From Clostridia bacterium (GTDB lineage Bacteria; Bacillota; Clostridia; Christensenellales; CAG-138), in assembly GCA_035399665.1 (NCBI GenBank), contig DAOPJM010000002.1:13484-77483 (forward strand): DNA of 64,000 nt. The letters are read 5' to 3'. The position numbers were made by a program, and so were the translations under genes. Below are positions 49,238 through 57,811 of this stretch, one piece after another. Numbering within the stretch: the first letter of the stretch is position 1; the number at the start of each line of letters is the position of its first letter. The notes beneath the pieces are model-generated. The model searched no databases and had not been told where the DNA came from. It worked only from the letters and a program-made list of their open reading frames with translations.

Positions 49238-51011
49238 GATGAAAGCTGTCAGAGCGGATTGGAGCGCAAGAAACTGCGAAACCATAACCAAGACCGACAG
49301 GTGGATAATGCTCATAGTCACCGTCGTGTACTTCCTTTTTGCGGTGATAAATCTCGGCACGCTCAGCTTTCCGACCGAGAACTGGTCGGGCACGACGGGC
49401 GACAGCCTCACCCTCGATTTAGGCTCAGAGGCAACCGTAAGCTCAGTATGGTTTAACGGCAGTATCGCACAAGGACAGCTGACCTTAACCTCGGACGACG
49501 GGCAGACGCTGACCTACTCTCAGGAATACGGAGATATGTTCAAGTGGGACGAGAACTCGCTCGGCACCTGGAACACCCGCTATATCACGCTGACGGTCAA
49601 CAGCGGCACGGTAGTATTCAACGAAATTGCTTTCTTCGACGCAAGCGGAGCTTTGCTTGATATCTCCGCAAAAGATGATAACGGCATAGGGTTGGTGGAT
49701 GAACAATCCACGGTACCGGAAGAGCCAAGCTACTACAACGGCATGATCTTCGACGAGATCTATCATGCAAGAACGGCTTACGAGAACCTGCACAATATGT
49801 CCATATACGAGTGGACGCATCCCCCGCTTGGTAAGCTCATCATAGCCGTCGGCGTCTCAATCTTCGGCATGAACCCGTTCGGTTGGAGAATCATGGGGAC
49901 GTTGTTCGGCGCCCTCATGCTGCCCGCGCTGTACATCTTCGCAAAGCGCATTTTCAAACGCACGGATTACGCCCTGCTTGCGATGGGTCTGTTCGCGCTC
50001 GACACTATGCACTTTACTCAGACGCGTATCGCCACGATAGACGTGTTTGCTGTGTTCTTCATCATACTGATGTACTTCTTCATGTATGAGTACCTGAGAC
50101 TGGACGCGCTTGACGATTCAAATTACAAAAAGAGCATTCGGAGCTTGGCGTTGTCGGGCCTGTTCTTCGGACTGGGTGTGTCAACCAAGTGGATATGCTG
50201 CTATGCGGGTGTGGGTCTTGCCGTACTGCTGTTCGGCAACCTCGTATGGAGGGGCATCAGCTGCGCAAGGTCGAAAGATCAAGAGGTGCGCGGCAGACTT
50301 CAATACTTCAGGGTCAGAACCGCGACAACGCTTGCGCTGTGCCTGCTGTTCTTTGTGTTGATACCGGGTATCATATACTTCGTATCGTACACTCCATATT
50401 ATAGATATCAGGCTTCGATAAGGGACAGCTACGGCTTAAAGGACTGCCTTGATACTCTGATGGACAATCAGAGGGATATGTTCAACTATCACAGCGGACT
50501 ACAGTCAACACATATGTGCCAATCGACGTGGTATCAGTGGCCATTTACTTGCAAGTCCGTGTGGTTCTATGTCAGCGAGACGAACAGCGGACTGCTGTCG
50601 AACATCTCAAGCACGGGCAATCCCGGCGTATGGTGGCTTGCGACTATCGCGGTGCTGTGCCTGCTTACAGCGACAGCAACAAAGAAGCTGAAGCCCAATA
50701 TGTCGCTGTTCATGTTGCTCATAGGCATACTCGCCAACTACCTCCCGTGGGTATTGGTGCCACGCTGTGTGTTCCAGTATCATTTCTTCGCCACTGTGCC
50801 GTTTTTGATACTCGCGGGGCTGTACTACCTGTACGACTTGGAGAAACGTTACCCCAAAGCCGTAAAGCTGAAGTGGGTCTGGCTTGGGATTGCCGCGGTA
50901 TTCTTTATACTGATGTACCCGGCGATTTCGGGCATGCCGACTTCGAAGGCTTATGCGTACTTTGTAGAATATTGGCTGCCGGGAGGATGGATCTACTATG
51001 GAAGAGTCTAA
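49209..51011 (+). CDS. PMT/GT39-type polyprenol-phosphate-sugar-dependent glycosyltransferase with a discoidin-like insert
   Basis: It has the loop-1 DE motif FDEIYHARTAYE followed by WTHPPLGK, typical of dolichyl/polyprenyl-phosphate-mannose protein mannosyltransferase-like enzymes. A ~125-aa beta-rich insert follows TM1 (SVWFNGSIAQGQLTLT...NEIAFFDASG). I chose the start at ATG 49209 (AAGGAGG 8 nt upstream). ATG 49239 is also possible. Confidence 0.75.
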   Translation: MAKAWRKDDRMKAVRADWSARNCETITKTDRWIMLIVTVVYFLFAVINLGTLSFPTENWSGTTGDSLTLDLGSEATVSSVWFNGSIAQGQLTLTSDDGQTLTYSQEYGDMFKWDENSLGTWNTRYITLTVNSGTVVFNEIAFFDASGALLDISAKDDNGIGLVDEQSTVPEEPSYYNGMIFDEIYHARTAYENLHNMSIYEWTHPPLGKLIIAVGVSIFGMNPFGWRIMGTLFGALMLPALYIFAKRIFKRTDYALLAMGLFALDTMHFTQTRIATIDVFAVFFIILMYFFMYEYLRLDALDDSNYKKSIRSLALSGLFFGLGVSTKWICCYAGVGLAVLLFGNLVWRGISCARSKDQEVRGRLQYFRVRTATTLALCLLFFVLIPGIIYFVSYTPYYRYQASIRDSYGLKDCLDTLMDNQRDMFNYHSGLQSTHMCQSTWYQWPFTCKSVWFYVSETNSGLLSNISSTGNPGVWWLATIAVLCLLTATATKKLKPNMSLFMLLIGILANYLPWVLVPRCVFQYHFFATVPFLILAGLYYLYDLEKRYPKAVKLKWVWLGIAAVFFILMYPAISGMPTSKAYAYFVEYWLPGGWIYYGRV

Positions 51012-51513
51012 CAACAAGCCCAAGACGGATACCGAAGGCAAGGGAAAGGGATTGGTGCAGTTCATCAAGTTTGTTCTTGTGGGCGTCACAAACACCCTTG
51101 TCGATCTCATCGTTTCGTTCGTTCTGAACTGGCTGTTTGGCATCTATTATCTGGCCAAGGTCGTGGGCTATGCCTGCGGGATAGTTAACAGCTATATACT
51201 GAATAGCGCGTGGACGTTCAAGGCTGAACGCAAACGGAACGTGCCTGAGATGATCAAGTTCCTTGCCGTGAACCTTGTCGTTCTGGGACTGTCGCTGCTT
51301 CTGATGTGGCTTTTGCCGCAGCTTGGTGTAACCGATGAATGGCTTGGGACGTGGCGTCCCGCTTGGCTGAGCGGTATACTTAACGGCGAGAGAATGTGTA
51401 TGCTCATATCCACAGCCGTATGCATAATTGTGAATTTTGTCGGGAACAAACTTTTAGTGTTTAAGTCAAAGGACAAAACGAACGTATCGGACGAACCGCA
51501 AAAGGGGGCATAG
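50998..51513 (+). CDS. GtrA-family small membrane protein (putative polyprenol-phosphate-sugar flippase)
   Basis: 171 aa with four TM segments and FIKFVLVGVTNTLVDL...NSYILNSAWTFK, typical of GtrA. It overlaps the upstream gene by 14 nt. Confidence 0.8.
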   Translation: MEESNNKPKTDTEGKGKGLVQFIKFVLVGVTNTLVDLIVSFVLNWLFGIYYLAKVVGYACGIVNSYILNSAWTFKAERKRNVPEMIKFLAVNLVVLGLSLLLMWLLPQLGVTDEWLGTWRPAWLSGILNGERMCMLISTAVCIIVNFVGNKLLVFKSKDKTNVSDEPQKGA

Positions 51514-51516
51514 AAC

Positions 51517-53046
51517 ATGCTGTCTAAGGCGACAAGCTATGGATTGAACGGACTTGACGGATTTTTAGTATCCGTCGAGGTCGATATTAATCGCGGTCTG
51601 CCGTCCTTTGAAACAGTCGGTCTGCCTGACGCCGCCGTTCGCGAGTCCAAGGAGAGAGTGCATTCTGCTCTCGTTAATTCGGGGTATGAATTTCCCGTGG
51701 CAAGGATAGTAGTGAACCTTGCGCCCGCCGATCGAAAGAAGGAAGGAAGCGTTTACGACCTTCCGATAGCTATAACCCTCCTGTGCGCAGCGGGTCTTTG
51801 CCGTTCATCGGGGCTTGAAAACGTAGTTATGATAGGCGAGCTGTCGCTTGACGGCTCGGTGCGTCCGATAAACGGGGTGCTGCCAATGCTTATCGACGCC
51901 GTCAGGAAGGGCTATTCCGTCTTTGCAATACCGGCGGAGAACGCGGCGGAGGCGGCATATATCCCGAACGCGACGGTCTATCCGGTAAACTCGCTTTCGC
52001 AGCTTGTGGAGCATTTATGTGGCGGTAGGCCGATAAAGCCCGCAGAGCATAAGAGCTATTCCAACAAACTCTTAACCTACAGCTCCGACTTCGCGGATAT
52101 ACGCGGTCAGAATACCGCGAAACGCGCCGCCGAGATTGCCGTAGCGGGGAATCACAATATACTCTTATGCGGTACGCCAGGTTCGGGCAAGACCATGATA
52201 GCCAGAGCGGTGCCATCAATACTTCCTGAGCTGAGCTTTGAGGAGGCTCTGGAGATAACCAAAATTCACTCCATAGTCGGAGGAATAAGAAACGGCGAGG
52301 GGCTTATTACCGAAAGGCCGTTTCGAAGCCCGCATCACGGGGCGTCGTCTGCGGCGCTTGTCGGAGGGGGAGCCAAGGCTATGCCGGGCGAGATAAGCTT
52401 AGCGCATAACGGAGTGCTGTTTTTGGACGAGTTTCCTGAGTTTCAAAGGAACGCATTGGAAGCTCTACGGCAACCTTTAGAGGACGGGATAATAACCATA
52501 ACCAGAGCTACCGCCACAGCTACCTATCCCGCGAGCTTTACGCTGATTGCGGCAATGAATCCCTGTCCCTGCGGCAATCATGGCTCGAAGAAGCGGGTCT
52601 GCACCTGTACGACGACACAAATTCAGCGTTACTTTGGGCGTGTAAGCGGCCCGCTTTTAGACAGGATAGACATCTTTGTGGAGATGCAGGAGGTAGAGTA
52701 CTCCGAGATGAGCGAGAGGAATCCCGCAGAGCCGTCCGCCACGATCAGAGCAAGGATTAACGAGGCAAGGGATATCCAAAGAAAGCGTTTTATGGGGAGC
52801 GGCATTTTCAGCAACGCACAGATGAACGGGGGCATGATCAGAAGGTATTGTGCCTTGGACAGCGATGGCGAAAGGCTGCTTCGAACCGCCTATGACAGGC
52901 TCAAGCTGACTGCAAGGGCATACAACAGAATACTAAAGGTCGCAAGGACCATCGCCGACTTGGAGCATTCCGCAAACATCAGCTCGGCAAACATAGCCGA
53001 GGCGATACAATATCGAAGCACGAATCAGTTTTCGGGCAATAATTGA
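51517..53046 (+). CDS. comM: YifB/ComM-family Mg-chelatase-like AAA+ ATPase
   Basis: 509 aa with a Lon-protease-like N-domain, Walker A GTPGSGKT and GVLFLDEFPEF. Confidence 0.9.
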   Translation: MLSKATSYGLNGLDGFLVSVEVDINRGLPSFETVGLPDAAVRESKERVHSALVNSGYEFPVARIVVNLAPADRKKEGSVYDLPIAITLLCAAGLCRSSGLENVVMIGELSLDGSVRPINGVLPMLIDAVRKGYSVFAIPAENAAEAAYIPNATVYPVNSLSQLVEHLCGGRPIKPAEHKSYSNKLLTYSSDFADIRGQNTAKRAAEIAVAGNHNILLCGTPGSGKTMIARAVPSILPELSFEEALEITKIHSIVGGIRNGEGLITERPFRSPHHGASSAALVGGGAKAMPGEISLAHNGVLFLDEFPEFQRNALEALRQPLEDGIITITRATATATYPASFTLIAAMNPCPCGNHGSKKRVCTCTTTQIQRYFGRVSGPLLDRIDIFVEMQEVEYSEMSERNPAEPSATIRARINEARDIQRKRFMGSGIFSNAQMNGGMIRRYCALDSDGERLLRTAYDRLKLTARAYNRILKVARTIADLEHSANISSANIAEAIQYRSTNQFSGNN

Positions 53047-53078
53047 GATTTGGGACGCTGATGAGGCAAGCAATAGGA

Positions 53079-53107
53079 TTGCATTTGATTTTTGTTTGTG
53101 TTATCAT
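53079..53107 (+). promoter_or_regulatory. Sigma-70-type promoter for dprA
   Basis: TTGCAT (53079-53084), a 17-nt spacer, then TGt-TATCAT (53102-53107). Confidence 0.5.
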
Positions 53108-53151
53108 GTCGGTTAATCAATAGGATTATATAATCTCGGAGAGGAGCCTAT

Positions 53152-54294
53152 ATGGATCGTGACGTTTGGCTGTGGCTGTGGCTGAACTACGGGACTCAAC
53201 ACAACACACAGATATTCAATCACATCCTTGAGATGTTCGATGATTTGGAGGAGGCTTTTGAGGCCGCTTCAAAGCGTAGCAGCGCAGCTTTTTCGGAAGT
53301 TGGCGAGGGCGTGCTGATAAGGCTGCAGGACGCTGCCTCCACAGGGTTCATGGAGCGGTATGTGTCTTGGCTGGAACGTCATGACATCGGTGTCGCGACG
53401 CTTGAATCACCTGAATATCCGTCGCTGCTGATGCAGATTTATGATCCGCCAACCGTGTTGTTTTACAAAGGAACGCTTAAGTCTGACATGAAACTGCCGA
53501 TAGCGGTCATAGGCTCAAGAAAGTGTACCGCTTATGGCGAGGAGGTCGGCAAGACCTTTGCAAGACAACTTTCGGAAAACGGGGCAACCGTGGTGACGGG
53601 ACTTGCGGGCGGAATAGACAGCATAGCGGCCAAAGGCGCGTTGAGCGTTACAAGCTCGGAGTATCCGGTAGTAGGGGTGTTGGGCTGTGGCATAGACGTA
53701 GTTTATCCTAAGGACAACGGTAAGCTGTACGCCGAGGTCGCAGAGCGGGGCGCTGTAATCACCGAGTTTATACCCAAAACCGGTCCCAAGGCCGAAAACT
53801 TCCCGATAAGGAATCGTATCATGTCGGGACTTTCACGGGGCGTACTCGTAATAGAAGCGGCGGAACGCAGCGGGACTTCGTATACCATGGGCTTTGCGCA
53901 TGAGCAGGGCAGGGACGTCTTCGCCGTGCCGGGCAGATTGAATGACCTAAACAGCGTTGGAACGAACCGTGCCATACAGCGCGGTGAAGCAAAGCCGGTG
54001 TTCGGTATATCGGACGTTCTCAACGAGTATTCGGACTCTTTAGACGAGATACCTTATGCAGACAATGCGAGAGAGCTTGCCTTTTCAAGCCTAAGCCCAT
54101 TATCGCAAGAGGTGTATATGAGCATACGAATCGGAGAAAAGACAGCCGATGAGCTGATGGAATGTGTGGATTGTTCAGTAGCGGAACTAAATTCCACCTT
54201 GACAGAATTGAGCTTATCGGGAATAATAAAGCAGTTGCCGGGAAAGCTGTTCGCCTGCGATATGGCAAGTACCGATGTGAAACTGGATAAATAA
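53152..54294 (+). CDS. dprA: DNA processing protein DprA
   Basis: 380 aa with a Rossmann-like core GSRKCTAYG...GLAGGIDSIAAKGAL. Confidence 0.9.
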   Translation: MDRDVWLWLWLNYGTQHNTQIFNHILEMFDDLEEAFEAASKRSSAAFSEVGEGVLIRLQDAASTGFMERYVSWLERHDIGVATLESPEYPSLLMQIYDPPTVLFYKGTLKSDMKLPIAVIGSRKCTAYGEEVGKTFARQLSENGATVVTGLAGGIDSIAAKGALSVTSSEYPVVGVLGCGIDVVYPKDNGKLYAEVAERGAVITEFIPKTGPKAENFPIRNRIMSGLSRGVLVIEAAERSGTSYTMGFAHEQGRDVFAVPGRLNDLNSVGTNRAIQRGEAKPVFGISDVLNEYSDSLDEIPYADNARELAFSSLSPLSQEVYMSIRIGEKTADELMECVDCSVAELNSTLTELSLSGIIKQLPGKLFACDMASTDVKLDK

Positions 54295-54306
54295 TCGGAG
54301 GAATTG

Positions 54307-56412
54307 ATGGCTGAATCCTTAGTAATCGTAGAGTCGCCCGCCAAGGCTAAGACGATAGGAAAGTTTCTCGGAAGCAAGTACAAGGTGATTGCTTCCGTGG
54401 GGCATATACGCGACCTGCCCAAAAGTCAGATGGGCATAGATATAGAACACGGGTTTGAACCCAAATATATCACCCTGAGAGGCAAGGGCGATGTGGTAGA
54501 AGCGATACGCAAGGCGGCAAAGTCGGCGGACCGCGTCTATCTTGCAACCGACCCTGACCGCGAGGGCGAGGCCATTTCATGGCATCTTGCAAAGCTTTTG
54601 AAGCTGGATCCGAATAGCCAATGCAGGATAGTATTCAACGAGATTACCGCGAAGGCCGTCAAGGGATCTATCTCCAAGGCAAGGAAGATCGACGAGAATC
54701 TCTTTGAGGCGCAGCAGGCAAGACGCATACTCGACAGGCTTGTGGGCTATAAGCTAAGCCCCATACTTTGGGCGAAGGTCCGCAAAGGCCTTTCAGCGGG
54801 CAGAGTGCAGTCGGTTGCGACCCGAATTATATGCGACAGAGAGGACGAAATAACGGCTTTCTTGCCCGAGGAGTATTGGACGATAAGTGCGATGCTTGAA
54901 GCGGGTGGCAAGAAAAAGCCGTTTGAGGCGAAGTTCTTTGGCATAGACGGCAAGAAGCTTGAGCTTGGCTGCAAAGAAGAAGCCGACGCCATACTTGACA
55001 GGGTGCGCGGTGCGGAGTTTACATCTAACGACATAAAGGTATCGGAAAAGCGCAAACATGCCGCTCCACCGTTTACGACCTCAAGCTTGCAGCAAGAGGC
55101 CTCAAGAAAGCTGAACTTTACTACCAAGCGTACGATGATGGTTGCTCAACAGCTTTATGAGGGCGTTGAGATAGGCGGGGGTGGAGCAGCCGGTCTTGTT
55201 TCCTATATAAGGACGGACTCGGTTAGAGTTTCTTCGGAAGCGCAAGAGGCCGCAAGGACATATATAGGATCGAATTACGGCGACAATTACGTCCCCAAGA
55301 CGCCGAATTTCTACAAGGGCAGAAAGAACGCGCAGGATGCTCACGAGGCGATAAGGCCTACGAACATCATCAACGACCCCAAGAAGATTAAGCAGTATTT
55401 GACCGCCGATCAGTATAAGCTCTACAAGCTGATATATGAGCGTTTCATAGCAAGCCAGATGTCAGAGGCAGTGTTGGAGCAATGCCAAGTCAATTTTGAC
55501 GCAAATGGCTGCAGCTTCAGATCTACCGGAGTTCGCACACTCTTTGATGGTTTCACCGCTGTCTATACAGAGGGCAAGGACGTTGCGGATGATGATGAAG
55601 TGCGCTTGCCGCCAATAGAGCAGGGTCAGACCTTCAAGGCTCAGAGCGTAGACGCGCAGCAGCGCTTTACTCAGCCCCCACCCAGATATACCGAGGCTTC
55701 GCTTGTCAAGTACCTTGAGGAAAAGGGTATAGGCAGGCCTTCGACTTATGCGCCCACAATATCCACGATAGTTGACAGGGGATATATCGTAAGGGAGAAG
55801 AAAACTCTCATGCCGACTGAATTGGGGTTTGTTGTCACAAAGCTGATGAAGGACAATTTCAGCGACATAGTCGATATAAGGTTTACCTCCGAAATGGAGA
55901 ACTCGCTTGACAGGATAGAGGAGAATGAGGCGGATTGGAGAACTGTCGTGTCTGAGTTTTACGAACCATTCTCAAAGGAGCTTGCCGCTGCTGAGGCAAG
56001 CATAGAGCATGTAAAATTGGAGGACGAGGTTTCGGACATACCCTGCGACAAGTGCGGCGCCATGATGGTCTATAAGTACGGCAGGTTCGGTAAGTTCTTG
56101 GCTTGCCCGAATTATCCGCAGTGCAGGAACACCAAGCCCGTACTGGAGCGTATCGGAGTGAAATGCCCCAAGTGCGGAGCCGATATCGTCAAGAAAAAGA
56201 GCAGCAAGAAGAAGGTTTTCTATGGCTGTGAGCGCTTCCCTGACTGTGATTTCGTGAGCTGGGATAAGCCCACCAGGATGCAATGCCCCAAGTGCGGCGG
56301 GATAATGGCACAGCACATAGGGCGAAACGGCAGCTATCTTGTCTGCATGGACAAGAACTGTGGTTACATACACAGAAAGACGAAAAGCAAGGATGCAGAC
56401 GTGCAGGACTGA
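54307..56412 (+). CDS. topA: DNA topoisomerase I
   Basis: Toprim N-terminus LVIVESPAKAKTI and three C-terminal Cys4 zinc ribbons (CDKCG, CPKCG, CPKCGG). I prefer the ATG at 54307 over the TTG at 54304. Confidence 0.96.
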   Translation: MAESLVIVESPAKAKTIGKFLGSKYKVIASVGHIRDLPKSQMGIDIEHGFEPKYITLRGKGDVVEAIRKAAKSADRVYLATDPDREGEAISWHLAKLLKLDPNSQCRIVFNEITAKAVKGSISKARKIDENLFEAQQARRILDRLVGYKLSPILWAKVRKGLSAGRVQSVATRIICDREDEITAFLPEEYWTISAMLEAGGKKKPFEAKFFGIDGKKLELGCKEEADAILDRVRGAEFTSNDIKVSEKRKHAAPPFTTSSLQQEASRKLNFTTKRTMMVAQQLYEGVEIGGGGAAGLVSYIRTDSVRVSSEAQEAARTYIGSNYGDNYVPKTPNFYKGRKNAQDAHEAIRPTNIINDPKKIKQYLTADQYKLYKLIYERFIASQMSEAVLEQCQVNFDANGCSFRSTGVRTLFDGFTAVYTEGKDVADDDEVRLPPIEQGQTFKAQSVDAQQRFTQPPPRYTEASLVKYLEEKGIGRPSTYAPTISTIVDRGYIVREKKTLMPTELGFVVTKLMKDNFSDIVDIRFTSEMENSLDRIEENEADWRTVVSEFYEPFSKELAAAEASIEHVKLEDEVSDIPCDKCGAMMVYKYGRFGKFLACPNYPQCRNTKPVLERIGVKCPKCGADIVKKKSSKKKVFYGCERFPDCDFVSWDKPTRMQCPKCGGIMAQHIGRNGSYLVCMDKNCGYIHRKTKSKDADVQD

Positions 56413-57688
56413 CGCAACTGTAATAGGAGCGGGGCTGGCGGGATGCGAAGCGGCATATCGCCTGTTAAAGAGCGGCTTTTCGGTGACTCTTTATGAGATG
56501 AAGCCGAAGAAAAAGTCTCCCGCACATCAGTTGGACAGCTTTTGCGAGCTTGTTTGCTCAAATTCATTGAGGTCAGAACGGCTTGAAAACGCCGTTGGCC
56601 TGCTAAAACAAGAGCTTAGGCTCTTGGGTTCGCTCATTATGGAATGCGCCGACGAGGTCAGCGTTCCGGCCGGCGGGGCTTTGGCGGTGGATAGGGCAGG
56701 CTTCTCCGAGCTTGTGACGAAGCGCCTTTTGGAGCTTCCGAAGCTTACCGTAAAGTCGGAGGAGGTGACGGAGTTTCCGACGTCAGACACGGTAATAGCG
56801 ACAGGCCCGTTGACAGAGGGCGCTTTTGCCGAGGCTATAGCGAACAGGGTTGGAACACCCCTGCATTTCTATGACGCGGCGGCGCCGATTGTAAGCCTCG
56901 ATTCACTGAATATGGACAAGATTTACAGTGCATCCAGATACGACAAGGGCGGAGATGACTATTTGAACTGTCCCATGTCTTTCATGGAGTACGCCGAGTT
57001 CTATCAGGCCTTGATTACGGCGCAGAGCGCGCCGCTGCACACATTCGAGACGCCGAGAGTCTTTGAGGGCTGTATGCCGGTCGAGATCATGGCAAAGCGC
57101 GGAGACCGTACCCTCGTTTACGGTCCCATGAAGCCTGTGGGTTTGGAGGTTGGCAAGTGGCGGCCGTATGCTGTGGTTCAGCTTAGGCGTGACAATGCTG
57201 AAGGCACGTTGTACAACATGGTCGGATTTCAAACAAACCTCAAATTCGACGAGCAGAAGCGCGTCTTTCGAATGATTCCGGGGCTTGAGAACGCCGAGTT
57301 TGTACGTTACGGTGTTATGCACAGAAACACCTTTCTGAAGTCTCCGGGGATTTTGGACTGGGACTACATGCTCAAGGGCAGCGACAGGGTGTATTTTGCG
57401 GGACAGATGACAGGCGTCGAGGGCTATGTTGAATCAGCGGCGAGCGGACTTGTCGCGGGCGACAGCTTGGCAAGACGGCTTTCGGGTCAGCGGCCGAGGG
57501 ACTTTACGCGAATGACCGCCATAGGCGCGCTCGGGCATTACGTGTCAGAGTACAACGGAGGAGATTTTCAGCCTATGAACGCAAGCTTTGGGCTGATGGA
57601 CGAGCTGCCTGAAAGATTGCCGTCAAAGAAGGAAAGGAGCTTAGCTCTATCAAAGCGTGCGTTGGAGCTTGTAAAGACCCTGATATAG
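56393..57688 (+). CDS. trmFO: Methylenetetrahydrofolate--tRNA-(uracil54-C5)-methyltransferase TrmFO
   Basis: FAD motif VIGAGLAGCEAAY, in conserved position after topA. The start is uncertain because of a weak RBS. It overlaps the topA end by 20 nt. Confidence 0.9.
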   Translation: MQTCRTDATVIGAGLAGCEAAYRLLKSGFSVTLYEMKPKKKSPAHQLDSFCELVCSNSLRSERLENAVGLLKQELRLLGSLIMECADEVSVPAGGALAVDRAGFSELVTKRLLELPKLTVKSEEVTEFPTSDTVIATGPLTEGAFAEAIANRVGTPLHFYDAAAPIVSLDSLNMDKIYSASRYDKGGDDYLNCPMSFMEYAEFYQALITAQSAPLHTFETPRVFEGCMPVEIMAKRGDRTLVYGPMKPVGLEVGKWRPYAVVQLRRDNAEGTLYNMVGFQTNLKFDEQKRVFRMIPGLENAEFVRYGVMHRNTFLKSPGILDWDYMLKGSDRVYFAGQMTGVEGYVESAASGLVAGDSLARRLSGQRPRDFTRMTAIGALGHYVSEYNGGDFQPMNASFGLMDELPERLPSKKERSLALSKRALELVKTLI

Positions 57689-57811
57689 CCGGGCATATAA
57701 GCAGCCGCCACAGTAGGCAAGCAGATAAAACAGACAAACATGGCGCGGAGCGATTATATCAAGGACCGAGCCATTGATGATACGATATGAATAAATAGAG
57801 AATAAGGAGTA

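Noticed and set aside
50516-51143. 203-aa plus-strand and 178-aa minus-strand ORFs overlapping the PMT 3' end and gtrA
   Set aside because: They are alternative frames of well-supported membrane-protein genes, and their Arg-rich composition is not protein-like.
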